64,000 nt of DNA from an uncultured virus (IMG/VR IMGVR_UViG_3300030382_003857) (IMGVR_UViG_3300030382_003857); one strand, 5' to 3'. Positions 47,648-58,155 are shown, counted from the first letter of the stretch. The notes: generated by a model not told the origin, from the letters alone. Numbers and translations are program-made.

Positions 47648-48288
47648 TAATTATTCCATAATTTTATATTACCAGCGATAGTTATACGATAATTATTGCT
47701 AGTATAAAAGGGGTAAACACAATGAAGCATTGAGGCAGGAAAAATGTAGATAAAACCTTCATAACTTTTATCAACAGGAATATCTTGTGTTTTGATGCCC
47801 CCAAAAGAATCAAGATAAAAAAATTGAAGATGACTTACTAAATTACTATTCGCTTGTTTACCCGGGCCTTTCTCTAATTCTTCTTTCAAATCATATGGAA
47901 TTTTCATAAAAATAACAAAAGAAAATAATCCTGAATGATCATGAGCCGGATTAAACTCAGTCTTTTTTTGAAAATTAACCCATAAAGAGTGAAGATAAAG
48001 TCGAGCATCTAATCTAAGAAAAGTGCTTCTTTTTAAATATTTTACAAAGACAGGAGAGTTTGCAATTTGACTTGTTAAAAATTGTTCAAGTTCCGGATAC
48101 ACTGGATCTAAATGATATTCATTAACAATATTACCTGCTAAAGTTTTTTGTGCACCTTTTAACTTTTTTTTATTTTTAATTAATGCTTTAAGATGTGTAA
48201 AGATTGTATCCGGAAGTTTTGTATCATGGATTCCAATATGCCTACAATCAATCATTCTTTGTTTTACCAAATACTTGCAGAGATGCAA
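47647..48288 (-). CDS. 2OG-Fe(II) oxygenase-like (HxH type)
   Basis: WVNFQ...NPAHDH, FPASMLHCVYPF, RITIAGN. Confidence 0.8.
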   Translation of the reverse strand: MHLCKYLVKQRMIDCRHIGIHDTKLPDTIFTHLKALIKNKKKLKGAQKTLAGNIVNEYHLDPVYPELEQFLTSQIANSPVFVKYLKRSTFLRLDARLYLHSLWVNFQKKTEFNPAHDHSGLFSFVIFMKIPYDLKEELEKGPGKQANSNLVSHLQFFYLDSFGGIKTQDIPVDKSYEGFIYIFPASMLHCVYPFYTSNNYRITIAGNIKLWNN

Positions 48289-48469
48289 CTGTTATTTCTA
48301 CATCTTGTTGTAAATCTGCATTAGTTGTATCTGTATTTGGATTAGCAACATCTTGATCAAATTCTTCTTTTGAAGCATAAACGTGTCCTGTTCTTTTATG
48401 CTTAACAATTTCTTTGGCTTTAGCAGGTAAGACAGGTACCTCTTTACCATCTACAATAATTTTTTTCAT
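48248..48469 (-). CDS. Hypothetical protein
   Basis: 73 aa, ATGA coupling. Confidence 0.65.
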   Translation of the reverse strand: MKKIIVDGKEVPVLPAKAKEIVKHKRTGHVYASKEEFDQDVANPNTDTTNADLQQDVEITVASLQVFGKTKND

Positions 48470-48609
48470 TTTTTTCTTACTCCTTGTCCTCTATTTCTAC
48501 CACGTTTGGGGATGCGCTTTCCATAACTTTTTGCATGACGCCCCGGTCTTTTTTTAGGTGTTCGTTTTTTATAACTAGATACACCATATTTTGGTTTTTT
48601 TCTAGCCAT
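48466..48609 (-). CDS. 47-aa highly basic protein
   Basis: Manual translation MARKKPKYGVSSYKKRTPKKRPGRHAKSYGKRIPKRGRNRGQGVRKK; coupled at both ends. Confidence 0.7.
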   Translation of the reverse strand: MARKKPKYGVSSYKKRTPKKRPGRHAKSYGKRIPKRGRNRGQGVRKK

Positions 48610-48943
48610 TTTCTTGTGATCGATCTATTTGCGCATAGCTTATAATTCCTTGTATTTTATTAATTGTACCACAAGTCATTTTTATTACGTCGCTTTCTTC
48701 TAAAACTAAAGTGTTAATAACAACATCTGTTGTGCTGTTAGCTCCAATACTTTTATTACTAATTCTATAAGTAGCAGGTGCTGAACTATCTGTTACTTCT
48801 ACAGTGACAGCAAGAGCCCCCGAGTCTATATTGGATAATTGCATTTGTTTAACTAACAGTCTTGCATTAGCAGGAGATGTTAAAACACTTACCGTGTTTG
48901 TAGTTGTTAAACTTATACCTTGATTTTTATATTGAATTGTCAT
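48602..48943 (-). CDS. Beta-rich tail-module structural protein (start MTIQY)
   Basis: LVLEESD motif; ATGA coupling. Confidence 0.65.
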   Translation of the reverse strand: MTIQYKNQGISLTTTNTVSVLTSPANARLLVKQMQLSNIDSGALAVTVEVTDSSAPATYRISNKSIGANSTTDVVINTLVLEESDVIKMTCGTINKIQGIISYAQIDRSQENG

Positions 48944-49104
48944 GAAATAAACCAATTAAAAAGTTGTTGATCTTGCATTAAATCATGTTGATAAGATGTA
49001 TTTAATTGTTGTTTAATAGTCGTTAATGATTCTTGAATCTGTCTTTGATTCGAAGGATCATATTGTGGTGCCGGTTCAGGAATTATTGCATCTATTTTAG
49101 CCAT
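48940..49104 (-). CDS. 54-aa tail-module protein
   Basis: Manual translation MAKIDAIIPEPAPQYDPSNQRQI...FNWFIS; coupled at both ends. Confidence 0.7.
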   Translation of the reverse strand: MAKIDAIIPEPAPQYDPSNQRQIQESLTTIKQQLNTSYQHDLMQDQQLFNWFIS

Positions 49105-51020
49105 TATCTCATTCCATCTGGTTGTGAATCAAATCTAAATAAACCGAAACGCCAATTACCATCCATATCATTTGATTCTATTTTTAAACTTGCTTGACGA
49201 CTTCTGGCTCTCGTGTCTACTTTAGTTGTTGAGGAACTAATTGTAAAGGGGCCTAAAGGTGAACTCACTTGAGTTTGCGATGGATATTTTCTAAGATTAA
49301 TAGTGACGTTTGCAGTTCCATTTAAATATTTAAAGTCAGGTATAAATCTTCTTACACTCATAAAATATTCACCATCTCCATCTACATCTAAATCAAAATC
49401 TCCTGAACTAATAGAAGAACTAATGACCGAAGAAACATATCCAGTAGTATAAAATCTTACTTCGTTTGTTCCTCTTTCGTGTTCATACAAAATAGAAGAA
49501 TTATAAGAAGCTTTGACGCCGGTAATAGTAGGAAAGTTTGGAGTTACATTTGATAACAAATCCGTGGCAAGTGGAAATGCTTCTACACCAGAGTCAACCC
49601 AAACGGTTCGATCTAAAGTTCCTGTTGTCCAAATATTTCCATCATAATTATAAGTCACGACTCGATCAATATTACTACTTCCATTTTTTGCATAGAACCA
49701 CATCACTTCACTATAAAGGTTGTTATGACCAGCATAAATAATATCACTAGCTGTTGCAGAATTTAATCCTAAATTATTTCCATTAGTTGTAAAAACAAAA
49801 TCTTCAACTAAGCATGGAAGTGATTTAACTGTTCCATCAAAGACGAAGAATCCTCCTGAGACTCCCATCCAAAATACTTTACCATTAGCATAGATTGCAC
49901 TATGTGCACTCATACATCCACAATCGGAGCCAACTTGTCGAATAGAAAATGTATAAGGTGGCCCTACAAATTGCATAATGTAAGCGGCTTTATCCGTTAA
50001 AATTAAAGTATAATCTTTTCCATGAACGGCGGCGACAATACTTGTTCCTTGATCAATTCTCATAGATCCTGCAGTGTTAGTTGATTTAGCGGTATACTCA
50101 CTAATATCTTCTTGGTCAGAAAATCTAATAAACATTTTATCTTGTGTAGTAGGACTACCAATTACAGTTTCAGTTCCTAAAAAAATTAAATGTCTGTCTT
50201 TATCTGATACAATTGTTGACACACTAGCTGTCGGAGCATTACTTACAAGTGTGGCTCGTGTGGAAAGAGCTGCACCTGCTGAAGGATCCCATTGAAATGT
50301 TTTACCATTATGGATAGTTGCAATTAAGTTTTCTCCATAATTATCTAATGACCATTGTGCAGCATCGAGAACCGTGCTTGTTGAAGGCCGTGCTGTGCCC
50401 CATGTTGATAAGTTCCAGGTACTCGTACCCCAACCATAAGCAAAAGTTTGAATACTTGGGCCGATAAATTCATAAGGTTTAATATCTACATTCCCTGCAG
50501 CAGTGACTCCGGCTCCCGTTTCCGTAGTTGGCATTTTAATTTCAAAAGTGTTGGTTGCTACAGTTTGAATAGCAAACGTTGTGCCTGTAAAATTGGCTGC
50601 AGTAAAATTGGATCCTGCTGGAATAGTAATATTAGAAAATAAAATTAACCGATCATCATTTAAAGCATGAGAAGTTTTATTAATTGTAACAGTGCTGGAT
50701 CCTGTTGTTGACGTGTAAGTACACGTAGCTATTGTGGTTCCTAATGGAGTAATATCATAGCATGCTCCTCCGGTATAAATTGCTAAAACTTTATCTGTGC
50801 CAAAGGCAGCGAGTTTAGTCCCAGCTAAATCTGTCCATGAATGACCTGCTCTAGCTGAACCAACTATTTTTGTGCTATTCGGTTGATACCATCCACCAAT
50901 CTTTTCTGGAACAGCGTATCGAAAGCGTACATTATCTCCATCGATCCATTGCCCTTCTGCTTGGGTAGGAGTATCTTGTTTATTAAATCCGGGTACAAAT
51001 GCTACTTTTTTTAAAGGCAT
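49104..51020 (-). CDS. Tail nozzle / stabilisation protein (beta-propeller-like)
   Basis: 638 aa, beta-rich; WIDGDNVRFR, IRFSDQE; precedes the ejection module. Confidence 0.7.
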   Translation of the reverse strand: MPLKKVAFVPGFNKQDTPTQAEGQWIDGDNVRFRYAVPEKIGGWYQPNSTKIVGSARAGHSWTDLAGTKLAAFGTDKVLAIYTGGACYDITPLGTTIATCTYTSTTGSSTVTINKTSHALNDDRLILFSNITIPAGSNFTAANFTGTTFAIQTVATNTFEIKMPTTETGAGVTAAGNVDIKPYEFIGPSIQTFAYGWGTSTWNLSTWGTARPSTSTVLDAAQWSLDNYGENLIATIHNGKTFQWDPSAGAALSTRATLVSNAPTASVSTIVSDKDRHLIFLGTETVIGSPTTQDKMFIRFSDQEDISEYTAKSTNTAGSMRIDQGTSIVAAVHGKDYTLILTDKAAYIMQFVGPPYTFSIRQVGSDCGCMSAHSAIYANGKVFWMGVSGGFFVFDGTVKSLPCLVEDFVFTTNGNNLGLNSATASDIIYAGHNNLYSEVMWFYAKNGSSNIDRVVTYNYDGNIWTTGTLDRTVWVDSGVEAFPLATDLLSNVTPNFPTITGVKASYNSSILYEHERGTNEVRFYTTGYVSSVISSSISSGDFDLDVDGDGEYFMSVRRFIPDFKYLNGTANVTINLRKYPSQTQVSSPLGPFTISSSTTKVDTRARSRQASLKIESNDMDGNWRFGLFRFDSQPDGMR

Positions 51021-51033
51021 AATCCATAGTATA

Positions 51034-51600
51034 TCACACTAACTTTGGCCCTGTTAACCATAGTGTAAGAGTATTTCTAGTACCTTTAGTAACGGGTGTT
51101 ACTTTATGACATAGGAAGCTAGAAAACATAACCATATTACCAGGAGTTAATTCCTTTATTAGTGTTTTTCCTCCTCCCATATTAATACATAAGTCGCCTC
51201 CTTGATAGTCCTTCTCTGATAAATTTAAAAGGCACGTTAATTTGATATCGGACACTGCGTTTTTTTCAGGTATCCCATCTAGATGCCATCCATACTCAGA
51301 CTTTTTACCAGCTGAATAAGTATTATAATTTAAATATTCTCCGTCTAATAAAGGATATAGATGATACCCCCAATTTAAAAAATTAGTATAGAGAGATTTA
51401 TTAAAAAATTCTTTGAGAATAACTTCTATATGTCGATAAGGAATCATTCTAACGGTAGAAGTTTTAAGCACATTAGAAGCGGGATTATCTTTTGCCTTAA
51501 TTAAATGTTTATTAATATGTTTATTAATATCTTTAATTTGCTGTGGTGTATAAACTTTCCACCAATAATAGGCATGTCTTTTAACTGCTTTAGGATCCAT
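51034..51600 (-). CDS. 2OG-Fe(II) oxygenase (PKHD/prolyl-hydroxylase-like)
   Basis: WHLD, KLT, YQGGDL, HKVTPVTKGTR. Confidence 0.88.
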   Translation of the reverse strand: MDPKAVKRHAYYWWKVYTPQQIKDINKHINKHLIKAKDNPASNVLKTSTVRMIPYRHIEVILKEFFNKSLYTNFLNWGYHLYPLLDGEYLNYNTYSAGKKSEYGWHLDGIPEKNAVSDIKLTCLLNLSEKDYQGGDLCINMGGGKTLIKELTPGNMVMFSSFLCHKVTPVTKGTRNTLTLWLTGPKLV

Positions 51601-53140
51601 GTATCTTTTTTAAATATTCATATAAGGTTGGGTATTGTAAAACAGCTTTATTCCATAGTTCTTTACGTTTGTTCATTCGTTCTATAGGTTTTTTCCATGA
51701 ATCATATAGTAGCTGTGGATCACTGACTAAATTCTCATGCATTAAACTGACTAGGTCTGTAGGCCCCCAATTAAAACCAGCTGAAATACAGGTTAAACCT
51801 GAAGTAGGAGGATGAGTAAATTCCCATTCTCTATCAAATACAAATCGAGTAAAACCTGAATGAAGATAAGCTTTTAAATCTAATAATTCTTTAGACCATA
51901 CTCGATTAAAATTTGCTTTCCAATAAGGAGTATCTTGTCGATGAGATAAGGCATAATGCATAGCAACAAATTGAGAAAAAGAATGAAAGAAAGCTTTACA
52001 AGTAGCATTATAATTATCTTTATCCCATTGGGATATTTCTCCTCTATCTAAATTACGACATAGTCGCCATAAAAATTCATGAACGGATAATAATCCATTA
52101 CTTTCTAAAGGTTCAATAAACCCTGCTGATAATCCAATGGCACATACATTTTTTACAAAGAGTCTACGATGTAAGCCAACTCTCATTTTAATATTTTTAA
52201 ATTCTAAATCTTCTCTTCCTAAATGGTTTTTAAATTCTTTTAAGGCATCTTCATCAGAAACAAATTTATCTGAATAAACATACCCAGTTCCAATACGGCT
52301 CCATAAAGGAATATTCCAGACCCATCCATTTTCAATAGCAGTACAATTGGTATAAGGAACTAATTGTTTTTTCTTATCCGTGTAGGGAACACGAGTTGCC
52401 CACGCTGAATTATTAGGTAACATGTCTGTGTAACTATCAAATGGTTCTTTTAATGCTCCTCCTAAAAGGAGAGATCTAAAACCAGTACAATCAATATATA
52501 AATCTGCTTTATGCTTATGATTTAATGATACGATTCCTTCTTTATTTTGTTCTATGGTTGTGATTTCTTCTTTAATATGCTTAACCCCTTTTGGAATAGC
52601 ATAATGATCTCTCAGCCATAATCCAAATTTAGTGGCATCAAAATGAAAAGCACTATCACGATGATATTTAAAAGGAACAGAGCTTATTCTATTGGTAATT
52701 CTATTATTATTAACAAAGGCCATTTGAGGAAATATACAGTCAGCAAAATCATTAAGTGGAGTATCAGGTTGACTAATCTTTTTAAACCACCAATCATTCG
52801 TTTGAGATACATTTTCATCAATAAATGGTCTACCAAAAGGAAAATGAAAGAATTGATTTTTTTTATAGAAATCAGTAAAGCGGATACTTAATTTAATACT
52901 CGCATCCGTATGAGGAATAAAATCATTATCTTGAATTCCGAGCATGCCTGTCCATCCTCTAATTTGACCTAAGGTACTTTCTCCTACTCCTACTGTAGGA
53001 ATCTTGGGGGATTCAATTAAAGTAATATCATAATGAGGAAAAAAACGAATTAAGGTTGCTGCGGACATCCAGCCCGCTGATCCCCCTCCCACAATCATAA
53101 TCTTTTTTTTAATAGACCCAGCCGGCATGTACACTTTCAT
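51590..53140 (-). CDS. Flavin-dependent (tryptophan-halogenase-family) halogenase A
   Basis: GGGSAG, GVGEST, ASIKL (catalytic Lys position), WVWNIP, FIEPLES. Confidence 0.9.
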   Translation of the reverse strand: MKVYMPAGSIKKKIMIVGGGSAGWMSAATLIRFFPHYDITLIESPKIPTVGVGESTLGQIRGWTGMLGIQDNDFIPHTDASIKLSIRFTDFYKKNQFFHFPFGRPFIDENVSQTNDWWFKKISQPDTPLNDFADCIFPQMAFVNNNRITNRISSVPFKYHRDSAFHFDATKFGLWLRDHYAIPKGVKHIKEEITTIEQNKEGIVSLNHKHKADLYIDCTGFRSLLLGGALKEPFDSYTDMLPNNSAWATRVPYTDKKKQLVPYTNCTAIENGWVWNIPLWSRIGTGYVYSDKFVSDEDALKEFKNHLGREDLEFKNIKMRVGLHRRLFVKNVCAIGLSAGFIEPLESNGLLSVHEFLWRLCRNLDRGEISQWDKDNYNATCKAFFHSFSQFVAMHYALSHRQDTPYWKANFNRVWSKELLDLKAYLHSGFTRFVFDREWEFTHPPTSGLTCISAGFNWGPTDLVSLMHENLVSDPQLLYDSWKKPIERMNKRKELWNKAVLQYPTLYEYLKKIHGS

Positions 53141-54575
53141 TGTTACGAATTAAATTAATTAAATTTTTATGTTTAAATTTTTGATAAGAGCTTCTATTAG
53201 CTAAATAACGTTTAATATTGGTAGCTATTTCAATTTGATCAACATCAGGTAATAATTGAAATTCGTTTTTAATTTCATTCTTCTTGAGTAAACCTAAAGC
53301 GTGTAATTTCACAATAAAGTTAGGGGCATCAAATAATAAATAAGAACTAAAAAAAGGAAAATCAAAACCACTCGGTAAACGTGTTTGCCATTTTTTTAAA
53401 TTAGTTTTTAAACTATCAGTCAAAGAAGTTTTTTTAATCATTTTCCAAAACGGTGTATCTCCTTTTTTAATATAATAACTTAATGATACAAAATCTAAAA
53501 TATTTTGATTAATTTCTTTTACCATATTATTATAAGTTTGGATACTTTCTTCATTATAATTAGATAATAAATGCATGAGAATGAAACTTTGAGTAATGGT
53601 TTGTGAAATAGCAGTGGCTTCCAAAGGTTCTATAAAGCTAGAACTTAATCCAATACACGCACAATTTTTAATCCAATTAGTTTTATTTTGACCTGAGTTA
53701 AATTTAATATCTTTAAAGATTTCTACCTTCTGTTTTAATAATTGTTCACATTCTTTTTGAGCTGCTTTAGCAGAAATAAAGTTGTCATTAAAAACGTATC
53801 CATTTCCCCATCTACCCCAAACAGGAATACGCCACAACCAACCTGCTTTCATTCGAATAGCTGAAGTGTAAGCGGGGTACTCAGAAGTGTCCGGTGTTGG
53901 AAAAGCAATCGCGTGGTTTACTTTTAAATATTTTTCATAACTTTCCCACTCTCCTCCTTGTTTTTTATTAATTAAACGATGAAGTCCTGACACATCAATA
54001 TAGAAATCAAACTTATATTTTTTTGTTCCTTGTAACCATTTAACGCTTTTGTCTTTATGAATTTGAACATCAGTTAATGTATCTTCAATAATACGAATTC
54101 CTCTTTTTTTACATTGTTCGAGTAAAAACTTATTGGTTAATTCCGCATTAAGATGAAATTGATGAGGTTGGAGATTAGTATCCAGGGTATTATTTTTTAT
54201 ATTGTCAAAACTAACTATCTCTTGATTAGTATAATTATGACCGATTAAATAACCAAAACCTCCTAAATAATGAGTGATTTTATAAGTATAGAAATAGTCT
54301 TCAAGGGAATGATAATAATCTTTCTCTGTCCATCCTTGAAATTTAACTGCTGTTTTAAAAGTCGCTCCGCAATGTTTAATAATCTCTGCGGGAGTAATTC
54401 CAACAAACTTAATAAATTCCATAAAATGTTCAGTGGTACTTTCTCCTACACCAATGATACCAATTTTGTTTGATTTAATGATATGGATTTTAAGTTTTTC
54501 TTGAAAGCGTTGTTGTAAAATAAGAGCACAGATTAAACCGCTTGTTCCTCCTCCTACAATCCCAATTGTTTTCAT
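53109..54575 (-). CDS. Flavin-dependent (tryptophan-halogenase-family) halogenase B (start MKTIG)
   Basis: GGGTSG, GVGEST, ATFK, WLWRIP, FIEPLEA. Confidence 0.9.
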   Translation of the reverse strand: MKTIGIVGGGTSGLICALILQQRFQEKLKIHIIKSNKIGIIGVGESTTEHFMEFIKFVGITPAEIIKHCGATFKTAVKFQGWTEKDYYHSLEDYFYTYKITHYLGGFGYLIGHNYTNQEIVSFDNIKNNTLDTNLQPHQFHLNAELTNKFLLEQCKKRGIRIIEDTLTDVQIHKDKSVKWLQGTKKYKFDFYIDVSGLHRLINKKQGGEWESYEKYLKVNHAIAFPTPDTSEYPAYTSAIRMKAGWLWRIPVWGRWGNGYVFNDNFISAKAAQKECEQLLKQKVEIFKDIKFNSGQNKTNWIKNCACIGLSSSFIEPLEATAISQTITQSFILMHLLSNYNEESIQTYNNMVKEINQNILDFVSLSYYIKKGDTPFWKMIKKTSLTDSLKTNLKKWQTRLPSGFDFPFFSSYLLFDAPNFIVKLHALGLLKKNEIKNEFQLLPDVDQIEIATNIKRYLANRSSYQKFKHKNLINLIRNNESVHAGWVY

Positions 54576-55174
54576 CGAATCCCAAATTCCACCCAACCTG
54601 TCAAAAGATACTTATCATTTTCTAAAGGAGGATTTCCCCGATGAACATGTGTATATGCTGTTGGAAATATCAGAAGGCTATTACGTTTAGGTTTATAGCG
54701 TTGGTTCTGATGAAGAAATTCTGTTTCTCCTCCTTCTTCAACAGTATTTAAAAATAAACTAAAGGCAGCGATCCGACGAATGACTTTAGGAGCAGCATCT
54801 TCCGTGTGCCAGACATGATAACCTTCTCCTGGACGCGTCTTTTGAATTTTAAGATCGTAAATGGTATGTTGACTATAGTTGTATAAAATAGGATATCTAT
54901 CACAGTATTCTTTCCAATGAGTTCCAAAAAAGATTTCAAGAAATTTATCATCTGCAGCTAAGTGAAGGGTATCTAATTTTTTCCCCGCAATTCTACCCCA
55001 CGTTAAAGAAATGGCATGATCACTCTTTTGTAAAGGATCTGATTTTTCCCATTTTTGTCGTTGAATGGTTCGTCCTGTTTTTTCAGCTAATTTATAATAG
55101 CTTAAAAATCCATCAATAACTTCTTCAGGAAAAGCATTTTCGACTAAAGCAATATGATCCTTAACATTCATCAT
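54572..55174 (-). CDS. 2OG-Fe(II) oxygenase (HxE type)
   Basis: WHTE, GGETEF, HVHRGNPP, KYLLTGW. Confidence 0.85.
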   Translation of the reverse strand: MMNVKDHIALVENAFPEEVIDGFLSYYKLAEKTGRTIQRQKWEKSDPLQKSDHAISLTWGRIAGKKLDTLHLAADDKFLEIFFGTHWKEYCDRYPILYNYSQHTIYDLKIQKTRPGEGYHVWHTEDAAPKVIRRIAAFSLFLNTVEEGGETEFLHQNQRYKPKRNSLLIFPTAYTHVHRGNPPLENDKYLLTGWVEFGIR

Positions 55175-55776
55175 TTAAAAGGTTCTCCTAAATACCATTG
55201 AACTAAAGATTTTCGACACCCTGTAGTCACTGGAGTTACTCTATGCCATAAAAAAGAAGGAAAAACAACCACAGTTCCTGCTGATTTTTCCAGAGTAATG
55301 GTATGAATATTATGTGCGTATTGCCATGAAATTTCAAAATCCCCTCCTTTATAATCTTTTTCATCGGAGAGTTGTACAGTTACAGATAGTTTACGCATTA
55401 AACCAATATGATTTAAAGACTTCGTATCATTAATGGTATTGGCTTGAGTATGACAATCTTGATGCCAGTCATAGTGGCCTTGTTGTTGATATTCTGTATA
55501 TTGAATAGGTTCAGCTCGATGAAATTCATAGTTCCAGTTACAAGTTTCATTTGCTCGTGTAACAATTTTATTAATTTTATTGATAAGCCAAGAATCTTTT
55601 AACCATTTAACATTTGATTTTCGATAACGATTATCTTCGTCTGGATGATGAGATATAGTTCCTTTTTTAAAAGGTAATTTCCCAGCACTTTGTAAAATTT
55701 TCTTAATTTCTTTTGGAGTAAAAGCGTCTTTAATTTTAAAATATTTATAATTATTTCGACCAGAATCCTGCTGCAT
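55171..55776 (-). CDS. 2OG-Fe(II) oxygenase (PKHD/prolyl-hydroxylase-like)
   Basis: YDWHQD, RKLS, YKGGDF, HRVTPVTTGCRKSLV. Confidence 0.88.
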   Translation of the reverse strand: MQQDSGRNNYKYFKIKDAFTPKEIKKILQSAGKLPFKKGTISHHPDEDNRYRKSNVKWLKDSWLINKINKIVTRANETCNWNYEFHRAEPIQYTEYQQQGHYDWHQDCHTQANTINDTKSLNHIGLMRKLSVTVQLSDEKDYKGGDFEISWQYAHNIHTITLEKSAGTVVVFPSFLWHRVTPVTTGCRKSLVQWYLGEPFK

Positions 55777-55799
55777 ACCTAAACTTGGTATACACTAAA

Positions 55800-56267
55800 T
55801 TAGACGTCTTTCCAAGTTGAAGTTTCGGGATCCCAATATTTATTATAAGTTCCAACACCTTGTATAGGATCATTCTCTCCAGTCGCACTTAACCATCTTT
55901 GATTTGCTTCATCCCATTTATACATATAAAAAGGAATGCTTGGATCTTCTGGATCATAAGCTGGTTCTGCTACAGGAGGTTGCCATCTATAATTAGCATC
56001 TAATGTCCAAGAGGCATATGGTTTTGCATTAACAAATGCTTGGTTGCTTGGATCCCAATAACCCCCAGTTGCTGGTGGATTATATCTTTTATCTGCTTGA
56101 CCCACTGGATCTTCAGCACTGAAATATCCTTGTGCCCAATTAGTAGACGCTCCATAAACACCTTGTAAAAAGCTGATACCTGCTGCTTCTGTAGGTGCAT
56201 CTGAATCTGCTACCTTGATTACATCAAGAACAATATTATTTTCATCTATTTTTGCGAAAGTTGCCAT
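55800..56267 (-). CDS. Fibre-associated protein
   Basis: MATFAKIDENN, KPYASW.L...WQPPV; follows the Gly-rich fibre gene. Confidence 0.55.
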   Translation of the reverse strand: MATFAKIDENNIVLDVIKVADSDAPTEAAGISFLQGVYGASTNWAQGYFSAEDPVGQADKRYNPPATGGYWDPSNQAFVNAKPYASWTLDANYRWQPPVAEPAYDPEDPSIPFYMYKWDEANQRWLSATGENDPIQGVGTYNKYWDPETSTWKDV

Positions 56268-57049
56268 TATGCGTTAAATGTCCCCGATGTGTTAAATGTG
56301 TGAATAGTGTCTGACCCATCTGTTGATGCTTGTCCTGCAGTAGATGTTGACTTTGCTGTTTCTCTTCTAAGAATTACAACACCTGATCCGCCCGATTGTC
56401 CAGTTGTATTGTGTCCTCCGGCTCCGCCTCCGCCACCACGGTTGGCTGTTGAGCCCCCGCCTTGGCCGTTTCCAGCGTTTCCAGTATTGTGACCTGCACC
56501 TCCGCCACCACCACCATAATTAACAGATGAACCGGTAATTGTTGATGCTCTTCCTTGCCCACCTACGTGAGATCCAGATTGACCATAACCTGCATTTTGT
56601 GTTCCTCCGCCACCTGGTGATCTATGCTCAGGGCCTCCGGAACTTCCTTGTCCACCATCCGTTCCTTCAGCTGGTGTATAGCCTCCTCGGTTTCCTTCAT
56701 AACCTCCGGCTCCACAACCCCCAATTCCTTCATTAGGTGTTAGTGTTTGTGGCTCGTGTGACATTCCACCAAAAGATGCTGGGTAAGTTGAAAAGCCAGA
56801 AGGATTACTCATTGCACCCGTATTGGTGTAATTTGCAACGCCACCTGAACCTACGGTTACAGCATGACTGTCTCCTCCATAAACTTTGATAGTTTTAGTA
56901 GTTGAGTATCGAAGACCTCCGCCACCGCCACCTGGGCTGTGTCTTGAGCCTCCGCCACCACCGCCACCTTGTACTACGTATTCAAGCAAGTAGTTGGGTC
57001 TAACTCCACCACCGAATCCTAAGATCCCGTATCCAAAATATTCTGACAT
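56267..57049 (-). CDS. Glycine-rich tail / receptor-binding protein
   Basis: GGGGG tracts, GGSGVVILR, IHTFNTSGTF. Confidence 0.7.
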   Translation of the reverse strand: MSEYFGYGILGFGGGVRPNYLLEYVVQGGGGGGGSRHSPGGGGGGLRYSTTKTIKVYGGDSHAVTVGSGGVANYTNTGAMSNPSGFSTYPASFGGMSHEPQTLTPNEGIGGCGAGGYEGNRGGYTPAEGTDGGQGSSGGPEHRSPGGGGTQNAGYGQSGSHVGGQGRASTITGSSVNYGGGGGGAGHNTGNAGNGQGGGSTANRGGGGGAGGHNTTGQSGGSGVVILRRETAKSTSTAGQASTDGSDTIHTFNTSGTFNA

Positions 57050-57066
57050 TTATTACCTCGCCTTTA

Positions 57067-58155
57067 TTAACTATCGTTTTTAGCGTTTGTTGTCCAGGTA
57101 ATTAATATTCCTAATAATTTTGCATCTACGGTTAAAGTGTCTGCGCCATCAGATACATCCCTGTACAATCTAAACCAACAAGCGTCTTGTTCAGCCGGTG
57201 TACCAGCAATCGTAATTGCTGCTGATGTTGCTGTGACTGCTAATTGATTCGCAGTTCCAGAAGCTGTGTCAGTTACTCCAACTGCTGTCCCATACGTTGC
57301 TGAAATATTTTCTGCATTAGAAACTGCAGCACCTGATAAAAACCATGCGACGCCGTTTGTTTCTGTTGAAGCATTTGTCCAATAAGCTCTAAACGTTACA
57401 GTACCTTCATTCCATGATTTTGGAAAAGAGACCATAAATTGAGCATGCTCGTCAGAACTTGCATCAAAATCTAATGATCTAAAATCTGGAGTTCCAGCAC
57501 TAATTTCTGTTTGTGCTATATCTGCACAGCCAGCTGTCGTTGTAGCTGTCATTGATGCAGCTGGTATCCACATGTCTGTAGAACCTGCCGCTCGAATAGC
57601 ATCTCCACTAACTTGAGCTACTCCAGTTCCGTTAGGAGCAATGTTAATATTACCGTTTGATACAGAAACAATATTGTTTCCATTAACATCTAATGCTCCG
57701 CCTAATTGTGGAGTTGTGTCTTCGACTAAGTTTACTAATGCGTCTGATTTGAAACCAGTGTCTACTACATTTGTACCATCAGAAAAAACTAAATTTGTTT
57801 GAGCAGCTGTCATCGCTACCCCAGTTCCACTCACTGTTTTAACAGTTAATGAGTAACCATTTCTTGTTGTTCCATCTACTACTACGTAGACTTTTTCAAT
57901 AGAGTCAGGAACTTTAACTGCTCTGTTGCCTGTTAAGCTACCAGTAAGTTTAAGAACCATATTTCTAGCGTTAGAAATTGTTGCATTAGTCATTGCTAAT
58001 GTAACATCTGCTCCCGCTACGTCTATCGCTTCATAACCTGCGACAGCTTGTTGAATTAATTTTAAATTGGTATTTGTTTTATCGCCCCATGTGCCCGAGT
58101 TTTCACCCGTTAGCATTAGTTCGAGTTTTAAATCCGTTGAATAACTTGATGCCAT
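57067..58155 (-). CDS. Tail fibre-like structural protein
   Basis: GENSGTWGDKTN anchor, DTTPQLGGALD, INIAPNGTG. Confidence 0.7.
   Translation of the reverse strand: MASSYSTDLKLELMLTGENSGTWGDKTNTNLKLIQQAVAGYEAIDVAGADVTLAMTNATISNARNMVLKLTGSLTGNRAVKVPDSIEKVYVVVDGTTRNGYSLTVKTVSGTGVAMTAAQTNLVFSDGTNVVDTGFKSDALVNLVEDTTPQLGGALDVNGNNIVSVSNGNINIAPNGTGVAQVSGDAIRAAGSTDMWIPAASMTATTTAGCADIAQTEISAGTPDFRSLDFDASSDEHAQFMVSFPKSWNEGTVTFRAYWTNASTETNGVAWFLSGAAVSNAENISATYGTAVGVTDTASGTANQLAVTATSAAITIAGTPAEQDACWFRLYRDVSDGADTLTVDAKLLGILITWTTNAKNDS

Noticed and set aside
17307..55776. TET/JBP-type 5mC oxidation cluster
   Set aside because: No oxygenase is adjacent to the C5 methyltransferase and none is recognisably TET/JBP; cannot be excluded without HMMs
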